Of a stretch of 64,000 nucleotides of DNA, positions 58,195 through 64,000 are shown piece by piece. The notes beneath the pieces are model-generated. The model had not been told where the DNA came from, searched no databases, and saw only the letters and a program-made list of their open reading frames with translations. Source of the stretch: Bacteroidales bacterium (GTDB taxonomy: Bacteria > Bacteroidota > Bacteroidia > Bacteroidales > UBA932); NCBI GenBank assembly GCA_029010575.1, contig JAQXKS010000061.1:20580-84579 (forward strand), given 5' to 3'. The position numbers and the translations under genes are program-made. Within the stretch, counting starts at the first letter, position 1, and each line of letters opens with the position of its first letter.

Positions 58195-60132
58195 ATGGAG
58201 CAGAAAGTAGCAGAATTGCTTGAAACTATCAAGCACCACAACAAAATGTACCGGGCGGGGCACGAAGAGGTTCCCGATGCCGTATATGATAGGGAAGTGG
58301 AAATGCTACGCGAATTGGATCCTGACAACGACTGGTTCAAACAACCTGAGCCAGTCGAAGTCAAGGCCAGACGCAAGGTGTCCCTTCCAGTTCCAATGAA
58401 ATCACTTAACAAGGTGAAAGATCTTCCCGATTTCAAAAGATGGGCAACCAATGCCGGTTTAGGAGCAGAAGATCTTGTAGTCATCATGCCTAAATTCGAT
58501 GGCCTCTCACTTCTCTGCAATGAACAAACTGGTGAAGCTTGGTCAAGAGGTGGTTCTGAAAACGAGGGCCAAGATTGTACCGACCATCTGATTGCAAATG
58601 GAACACTGCATGACACTTTCTTCAACTACACTTATGGGGAATTTGTTTTTAGTGTAAAAAGTTGGGAAGCAAACTATGCAAGCCGTGTAAATCCCGAAAC
58701 TGGGAGACCTTTCAAGTCCCCACGCAATACCGCAGCCGGTCTCCTTAACCGTGACGAACCGTGCGAAGAACTGAAATTCGTTGAATTCTATCGGTACGGA
58801 ACAGATGCCAATACAACAGCCAAGTACAGAACTTTTTCTGACCTACTGGATGATCTTTCCGATACCTATCATCAGAATGCCTACAAATGCGTCACCGAAC
58901 TCAGAAATATCACAGAAGAGTCTCTTTTGGAACTCTTCAAACAATGGAGAAGGGTGTACTATATTGACGGTCTCGTGATATATGTTAACGACATCGACAA
59001 ATGGAATGCCCTTGGCCGCAAAGCAACATCCGGCAATCCTAACTATGCCATTGCCTACAAGCATCCTGATTTCTCAGAATCATTTGAAACTACTGTTACA
59101 GGAGTTACATGGAAAGTAAGCAAGTCTGGGGCGTTGAAACCAGTAGTAGAAATTGAAACAGTAGATACAGGAGATTGCAACATGGACAGCCCTACCGGAT
59201 ATAACGCTGGTTGGATTGCCGATATGGGCATTGCCAAAGGAGCAAAAATCATCGTCACCAGATCGGGAGGTGTTATCCCTAAAATTCTGGAAACCCTTCA
59301 TCCAGCTCCACAACAAGAGGTGGAAGCTATGTGGGATGAAATGGCCCAGTGCCCTCATTGCGGGGAAGCTACCAGATGGGGTGACAAGCATATTGAATTG
59401 AACTGTACCAACCCTCTATGTCCAGGCATCCGTTTGGCTAAAATCATATTTTTCTATTCCATCGTTGGGGCCGAAAATATGGGCGAGGAAACGATTGCTA
59501 AAATGTTCGAAGCGGGATATAACTCTCTAAATGCAATGCTACATATAAAGTTCCAGGAACTTGTAGCCATTGATACAATTGGAGATGTAACAGCTAATAT
59601 CATTCTGGAGAACAACAAGCGCATTCTTTCTGGAATTGATCTACCTACCTTGATGCAAGCAAGCGATCAATTTCCAGGCATAGGCAAAGTAAAAGCGCAA
59701 CAGTTGCTCGATTCCTTTGAAGATGAAATGTTAGATGCCATATATAAAAATCAGTCAATTGTTGATTGGAGGCCAAAAGAAGAAGAGTTTACAAGTATGA
59801 GTAAAACACTCCAGTCATTCTGGAATGGCATCTCAGGATTCAAACGCTTCATCGAAATCAACGGGCTTTCAATTACTAAAGCTCAGAAAATTGAAGTAGA
59901 TCAAAACGGCATCTATAAGGGAATGGCTATTTGTTTCTCCGGATTGCGTGATCCAAATCTTGAAGCCACGATAGTCTCTGGAGGGGGAACTATTGCCAGC
60001 GGAGTATCTAAAAACACTACTCATTTGGTTGTAAAGGACAAAAATGCAAATTCCGGCAAAATAATTAAGGCCAAAGGGCTTGGAATCCCTATTCTTAATA
60101 TGGATGAGTTTCTATCATTCCATAATGGTTAG
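58195..60132 (+). CDS. ligA: NAD-dependent DNA ligase
   Basis: Adenylation Lys in MPKFDGLSL (KxDG), Zn finger CPHCGE..C..NPLCPG, helix-hairpin-helix region, and C-terminal BRCT (ICFSGLRD..TTHLVV). Confidence 0.85.
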   Translation: MEQKVAELLETIKHHNKMYRAGHEEVPDAVYDREVEMLRELDPDNDWFKQPEPVEVKARRKVSLPVPMKSLNKVKDLPDFKRWATNAGLGAEDLVVIMPKFDGLSLLCNEQTGEAWSRGGSENEGQDCTDHLIANGTLHDTFFNYTYGEFVFSVKSWEANYASRVNPETGRPFKSPRNTAAGLLNRDEPCEELKFVEFYRYGTDANTTAKYRTFSDLLDDLSDTYHQNAYKCVTELRNITEESLLELFKQWRRVYYIDGLVIYVNDIDKWNALGRKATSGNPNYAIAYKHPDFSESFETTVTGVTWKVSKSGALKPVVEIETVDTGDCNMDSPTGYNAGWIADMGIAKGAKIIVTRSGGVIPKILETLHPAPQQEVEAMWDEMAQCPHCGEATRWGDKHIELNCTNPLCPGIRLAKIIFFYSIVGAENMGEETIAKMFEAGYNSLNAMLHIKFQELVAIDTIGDVTANIILENNKRILSGIDLPTLMQASDQFPGIGKVKAQQLLDSFEDEMLDAIYKNQSIVDWRPKEEEFTSMSKTLQSFWNGISGFKRFIEINGLSITKAQKIEVDQNGIYKGMAICFSGLRDPNLEATIVSGGGTIASGVSKNTTHLVVKDKNANSGKIIKAKGLGIPILNMDEFLSFHNG

Positions 60133-60222
60133 TTAGGTAGTTATTATTATTGGTTGGTAGCGGGTTTGTCGAAAGATAAATCCGCTATTTCTATGCTATT
60201 ATCATATTTTTTCAAAATATGT

Positions 60223-60269
60223 TTTGGAAATAAGTTTCAGTTTCATATATTTGCACCAGAAACTGAAAC
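60223..60269 (+). promoter_or_regulatory. promoter (TTTG-19 nt-TAtaTTTG) whose -7 box is bracketed by a perfect 11-bp inverted repeat (operator-like)
   Basis: TTTG 60223-60226. TATATTTG 60246-60253. GTTTCAGTTTC 60234-60244 is the exact reverse complement of GAAACTGAAAC 60259-60269. ATG of the recombinase at 60280. Confidence 0.5.
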
Positions 60270-60279
60270 AAATAAAGAT

Positions 60280-60873
60280 ATGGCTAAGAAAAATCAGCTC
60301 ACAACAAGTGATTATTTGCCTTACGAGGAATACCAAAAATTGCTGGATGGTCTGCACAAGGACAAGAATTATAAATGGGAACTGTACGCAAGACTTTCAT
60401 TCTGCACCGCTTGCCGAGCCTCCGATGTATTGAATTTCAAATGGAGTGACATTTTACGCCATTCCCAAATCACCGTTGTTGAGAAAAAGACAAAAAAGAC
60501 TCGCAGCATTATCTTTAATGAGTCCGTTCAAAAAAAGATAGCCGAGTTGTACAAGCTCCTTGGCTCCCCGAATATCGATGAGTATGTTTTTCAAAGCTGC
60601 GCAAAAGACCATACTACAGCCTGGAGCATACAATATATCAATCGTAAGCTGAAGGAATTCAAGAAAAAATACAAACTTAAAATAACAAATTTTTCAACAC
60701 ATACTTTCCGCAAGACCTTTGGAAGATATGTGTATGAAAAGAACAACCGTAATGCAGAGAGCCTGATTCTTCTCAATAAGATTCTTAATCATTCCAGCAT
60801 AGAAATTACCAAAACCTACATTGGTATTACTCAGGATGAAGTGAATTCAATCTTTAACTCCATCCAGTTCTAA
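60280..60873 (+). CDS. short tyrosine recombinase (197 aa, catalytic domain only)
   Basis: FCTACRASDVLNFKW (Arg I), THTFRKTFG (His-x-x-Arg), LNHSSIEITKTYI (His ... Tyr nucleophile). ATG 60280 chosen; the upstream part of the track ORF is promoter sequence. Confidence 0.75.
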   Translation: MAKKNQLTTSDYLPYEEYQKLLDGLHKDKNYKWELYARLSFCTACRASDVLNFKWSDILRHSQITVVEKKTKKTRSIIFNESVQKKIAELYKLLGSPNIDEYVFQSCAKDHTTAWSIQYINRKLKEFKKKYKLKITNFSTHTFRKTFGRYVYEKNNRNAESLILLNKILNHSSIEITKTYIGITQDEVNSIFNSIQF

Positions 60874-60906
60874 TTAGAGGGAATTCCCCATCTTTTCCCT
60901 CTAATT
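60872..60906 (+). terminator. 10-bp inverted repeat at the recombinase stop codon (terminator or recombination-site candidate)
   Basis: aattagaggg 60872-60881 pairs with ccctctaatt 60897-60906, 15-nt loop. Contains the palindrome GGGAATTCCC and a direct AATTCCCC repeat. No U tract. Confidence 0.3.
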
Positions 60907-60983
60907 CCCCAAATTGAAGCGTGAACATTTCGCGCCCTTGCATATTCCAAGTTTGTCCGACCATTGGCTAATGACAATGATTT

Positions 60984-61547
60984 ATGGCAGTAAAGCATGG
61001 GCGCAATTATGCGCATACATATAAATGTTCTAAATGTGGCAAGGATGTATATATTGAGAAATACATCCCCAAATCAGCTATGAGGCTGCAAATGTATAGC
61101 CACCAGTTGTGTCATCACTGTGCATATTGGGAAAAGTTTTTTTCCTCAGACATTCCATTTGAAATCATAGACGGGAAGGTGTGGACATACGGCCCGCAGA
61201 TATTTACTGTGCTATCACGCCATCTCCCCGTACAAATACGCTATGTCTTTCATCCAGATGGCTCCATATTCCAGATGAACAACTCATTCAGCCTGGGAGA
61301 TGCACCCAAAGAATACTCGCTTGCTGATACTGGGAGATTCATCAACCGAAATGTCTTCGAGAAATTATCCGATGGAAACGGTTATCATTGCCGTGCCATA
61401 GGGTGCTATGACCGTTACCATTGCTATTGGTATCATCCAGAAGAATTTGAAAAGAATGGCCCCTGGAATATCATCCCTGACTCTCACAAGATCGGGGATG
61501 AGCATTGTAGCGGATTCCTAAATAAAGAAACCATGTTTAATCTCTAA
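60984..61547 (+). CDS. hypothetical Cys-rich (zinc-ribbon-like) protein
   Basis: CSKCGK...CHHCAYW. Confidence 0.4.
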   Translation: MAVKHGRNYAHTYKCSKCGKDVYIEKYIPKSAMRLQMYSHQLCHHCAYWEKFFSSDIPFEIIDGKVWTYGPQIFTVLSRHLPVQIRYVFHPDGSIFQMNNSFSLGDAPKEYSLADTGRFINRNVFEKLSDGNGYHCRAIGCYDRYHCYWYHPEEFEKNGPWNIIPDSHKIGDEHCSGFLNKETMFNL

Positions 61548-61559
61548 TATATATCCATT

Positions 61560-61769
61560 ATGAAAGCATTAACCATTATTGGACTCATCATCTTGATCCT
61601 TGCATTAGTTGCAGCGATAGTTTTCATTTCTATGATATTGTCTGCTATTAGTGCTATTCGATGTGAAAATTGCTCACAGAAAGAACTATGTAACAAACGA
61701 ATCGAGGAAGGCAGAGTATCTATCTGTGAAGAGGAAATTTTCAATCAGCAAAACACTTCATTTCTATGA
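61560..61769 (+). CDS. small membrane protein
   Basis: One long hydrophobic segment, ALTIIGLIILILALVAAIVFISMILSAISAI, then a Cys-rich tail. Confidence 0.45.
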   Translation: MKALTIIGLIILILALVAAIVFISMILSAISAIRCENCSQKELCNKRIEEGRVSICEEEIFNQQNTSFL

Positions 61770-61821
61770 TTTGTATGCTGCCGTGAGTTGAAACATCATT
61801 ATTACATTAAATATCAACACT

Positions 61822-62364
61822 ATGGTAAAGTTAACTAAAGAACAACTTCAAGAAGCATTGAAGAAACCTATCCTCACCTGTTCAGAGGAAGAAATTCGTT
61901 TTGCCCTTCACATTATGGGGTTTGATCTGAAAGAGTACCACCAGGATCAGGGGCGTGTAGCCTTTGAAATCCACTTCCGCAGAATCTATGTCATCAAGAT
62001 GGAAGTGACTGGAGGTATTATCACCTTCAGCAACCGATGGGTGGTATTCAACGACAAAGAGGAAATACACCACCTCAATTTCGAAGAGCCGGAAAATCTC
62101 ATCCTCATCCTCAATCTTTTCATCAACCTGTTTGGCAAGGCACTTCTGGAGCCTATCGGCTATCAGCCCGCCTACATCAAGGAATGGAGTTTGTTTGAGA
62201 CTGGCGAAGAAGCAAAAGAGTTCTGGCAGACATTCCAGACCGTGCTGAGGGAGGTTTGCCCGCCAGCCGAACCCACAGAAGTCAAGCCCGAAACAGCCGC
62301 TGCTCCGCAGCATAAAAAGCCGGGTAAGGGCACGAAGAATTCTAAAAAGAAGATCCTTAGTTAA
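61822..62364 (+). CDS. hypothetical protein
   Basis: 180-aa ORF with a basic C-terminal tail. Confidence 0.4.
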   Translation: MVKLTKEQLQEALKKPILTCSEEEIRFALHIMGFDLKEYHQDQGRVAFEIHFRRIYVIKMEVTGGIITFSNRWVVFNDKEEIHHLNFEEPENLILILNLFINLFGKALLEPIGYQPAYIKEWSLFETGEEAKEFWQTFQTVLREVCPPAEPTEVKPETAAAPQHKKPGKGTKNSKKKILS

Positions 62365-62372
62365 GGAATAGT

Positions 62373-62445
62373 GAGAAAATCCGTCCGATTGTCCACGAAA
62401 TTGTGAAAAATTCACAGAATCGTGAAAAATCGGACGGAAAATGCT
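62373..62445. promoter_or_regulatory. long imperfect palindrome upstream of the initiator operon
   Basis: tccgtccgatt 62380-62390 is the exact reverse complement of aatcggacgga 62428-62438. Inner arms are tgtgaa/ttcaca around 62409, with further partial pairing. Confidence 0.45.
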
Positions 62446-62536
62446 CACTTAGCGAGATTCATTAAATTCTCTTAATTTCTTCTCATTTCTAAAACATTCT
62501 ATTCATTTTACCTCTATTCTAATAAAATAACAGGAT

Positions 62537-62722
62537 ATGGAGAACGAAACATTATTCAAACGCAGAATGTCTGATGAAGAAATGGCCGCTGCTTTTGTGG
62601 AAATCACCCAACGAAATGCTAATCCCAATGCAGTAGGGAGATTTGCGAAAAAGAACGGCTATCAGCGTATCAGACAAGTAGAAAATGGGCAACCCATCTA
62701 TTATTACATCAAACAACAATAA
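62537..62722 (+). CDS. small hypothetical protein
   Basis: 61-aa ORF preceded by a CTATTCTAAT box 13 nt upstream of the ATG. Confidence 0.35.
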   Translation: MENETLFKRRMSDEEMAAAFVEITQRNANPNAVGRFAKKNGYQRIRQVENGQPIYYYIKQQ

Positions 62723-62723
62723 A

Positions 62724-64000
62724 ATGGCAACACCGGACATCATTCCATACAGCCAACATTATCGTTGCTATCGTCAAATGATCAACGGTACAAGCACACA
62801 GGCCGTATTGGAATATATCTTTGACGAGTACCTGGCCCGCGCCAAAAGGGGCAGGTCTGGGGAGTTCACCATCAAGTACAACCAAATATCCAATAACTGC
62901 AACCTAAAGTGGGAAACGGTAAAAACCCAGGTGGAAAAACTGGAAAGGATGAAATTGATTACGCTTGATGCTGATGGTGCATGCCTATTTCATGAAAATA
63001 TTTTCACCAACCTTTGCTATGCTTTTATAAAATTAAGCAGCAATAAAGCACGAGAAGAGTTTGCTTGCGCTTTAGAGGCTGGAGATTATGAGAAATTGGC
63101 ATCACTTGGGTATAATACTCTCCAAAATCGGATAGTATTATCCAAAAACGGAGAAGGTTCTCCAAAATCGGATAACATTATCCAAAATCGGAGAGATGTA
63201 TCCAAAAATGGATATGCCTATCCAAAATCGGATACTTATTCCCGTATATTCTTATCCAAAATCGGAGAGATGTATCCAAAATCGGATATATTTGACCTCC
63301 TTTTCGATGAACTTTCTCCTATTTTTGGGGTAGAAGAAGCTCAAAAAGCTATAGAAGACATCTATTCTGGGAAGCCTTTGGAATATAGCCCCATTTATTT
63401 TCATATTTTGGGAGTTTTGACACTGGAAAAACTATCCAAAATCGGATATGAAACTATCCAAAATCGGATAACTAAAATAAATAATAAAAGAGAAGTTACT
63501 TCTCTTTCTTCTGAAGAAGAAATAGAAGATAACCAAGAGAAAGAAGATAATATGGGAAACTCATCGTTTCCCGACAATAACGGATTTGAAGATGTTGAAC
63601 TGCTTCCAGCAATTAAAATAAATCAAGAAGCAATCAACCAGGCCAAGAGAAAAAAGAATCTACCGTTCCTCACCAGTTCCGAAATGGATATGTTTACACA
63701 AAGTCCCGATCTCGTTGTTGACAGACCGGATGCTTTGTTCATCTTCCAGCTTTGGACAATACTTAAAGAGTACTTCACCCAGGAGGTAGAAGATGAAGAT
63801 GGTAATGTTTCCGAAAAGCAGATAAATCCCGATGGCCAATACATCCCAGTCGAAGTCTTCCTCAAAAATATTTTAGGCCCGGCCTTTGAAGCAACTGAAA
63901 GTGCAATCCAGATGGGCAAGTTAGAGTGCGAGAAGGGAACCTTCCAACTTAGCATTCCACAGGACTTCCAGCTTTCCGTTAACGATATGTTTATGATACC
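62724..64000 (+). CDS. replication-initiator-like protein containing the iteron array (lambda O-like arrangement); 3' end beyond window
   Basis: My codon-by-codon translation from ATG 62724 finds no stop to the window end (425 codons). Not in the ORF track because no stop is present. Functional call rests on the embedded iterons plus AT-rich tract. Confidence 0.5.
   Translation, partial: MATPDIIPYSQHYRCYRQMINGTSTQAVLEYIFDEYLARAKRGRSGEFTIKYNQISNNCNLKWETVKTQVEKLERMKLITLDADGACLFHENIFTNLCYAFIKLSSNKAREEFACALEAGDYEKLASLGYNTLQNRIVLSKNGEGSPKSDNIIQNRRDVSKNGYAYPKSDTYSRIFLSKIGEMYPKSDIFDLLFDELSPIFGVEEAQKAIEDIYSGKPLEYSPIYFHILGVLTLEKLSKIGYETIQNRITKINNKREVTSLSSEEEIEDNQEKEDNMGNSSFPDNNGFEDVELLPAIKINQEAINQAKRKKNLPFLTSSEMDMFTQSPDLVVDRPDALFIFQLWTILKEYFTQEVEDEDGNVSEKQINPDGQYIPVEVFLKNILGPAFEATESAIQMGKLECEKGTFQLSIPQDFQLSVNDMFMI
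63121..63290 (+). repeat. iteron array, copies 1-8 of (A)TCCAAAATCGGA(T/G)A
   Basis: The 12-mer starts at 63121, 63141, 63161, 63181, 63201 and 63221 (exact 20-bp phase), then at 63255 and 63275. Copies 2 and 5 each carry one mismatch. Confidence 0.85.
63435..63470 (+). repeat. iteron copies 9-10
   Basis: TCCAAAATCGGATA at 63435 and 63457, in the same orientation. Confidence 0.85.
63469..63556 (+). other. AT-rich / polypurine tract following the iterons (candidate DNA-unwinding element)
   Basis: taactaaaataaataataaaagagaag...gaagaagaaatagaagataaccaagagaaagaagataata. Confidence 0.45.

Noticed and set aside
60234-60269. Invertible promoter (phase-variation switch) operated by the adjacent tyrosine recombinase
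   Set aside because: The perfect 11-bp inverted repeats are separated by only 14 nt. That is far too short for a recombinase-mediated inversion segment, so an operator/hairpin is more likely.
63121-63470. Possible CRISPR array, because of many short direct repeats
   Set aside because: The repeat unit is only ~14 bp at a 20-bp period, so there is no room for spacers. It lies inside an open reading frame and is followed by an AT-rich tract. An iteron origin fits better.
1-64000. Stop-codon reassignment (TAG or TGA recoding, as in some gut phages)
   Set aside because: All large genes are intact under the standard code, and TAA, TAG and TGA are all used as terminators at gene ends.

Overview
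Nearly the whole window is one densely packed tailed-phage or prophage segment. The host is most plausibly Bacteroidales-like: TTTG/TAnnTTTG promoter boxes, no Shine-Dalgarno sequences, anaerobic NrdDG plus ThyX. Positions 1-55919 form one uninterrupted minus-strand gene train with pervasive ATGA/TAATG start-stop overlaps. In transcription order it holds a Mu-like head module (portal, gpF-like, gpG-like, ClpP-type protease-scaffold, major capsid) and a contractile tail (sheath, tube, G/GT chaperone, 1209-aa tape measure, hub/spike/baseplate). Next come very large fibre proteins interrupted by a DGR, then nucleotide metabolism (ThyX, NrdD, NrdG). A replication/recombination module follows: gp32-like SSB, Mre11/Rad50, RuvC-like, a sigma factor, DnaB-like helicase, primase, a split DnaE with an embedded Pif1-like helicase gene, and a guanylate-kinase-like gene. 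From 56147 a plus-strand block encodes small proteins, dUTPase, NAD-dependent ligase, a short tyrosine recombinase and a replication-initiator-like ORF that runs off the window. Main second-look items: (1) a complete diversity-generating retroelement whose VR is the C-terminus of a 2106-aa fibre, with TR lying inside the RT reading frame; (2) dnaE split at its catalytic motif by a helicase gene, with flanks resembling a decayed split intein; (3) ten 20-bp-phased iterons plus an AT-rich tract inside the initiator-like ORF, read in all three frames (candidate origin); (4) two A_AAT_TTN -1 slippery sites, one the expected tail chaperone G/GT and one that could fuse portal to the gpF-like protein; (5) a CTATTCTT box at fixed distance upstream of several late-gene starts, alongside a phage-encoded sigma factor. 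I saw no rRNA, tRNA or CRISPR array. The supplied ORF track counts GTG/TTG as starts, so several starts were moved to the ATG that fits the overlap pattern. Motif coordinates were counted by hand and may be off by 1-2 nt. Family names come from motif recognition by eye, not from searches.
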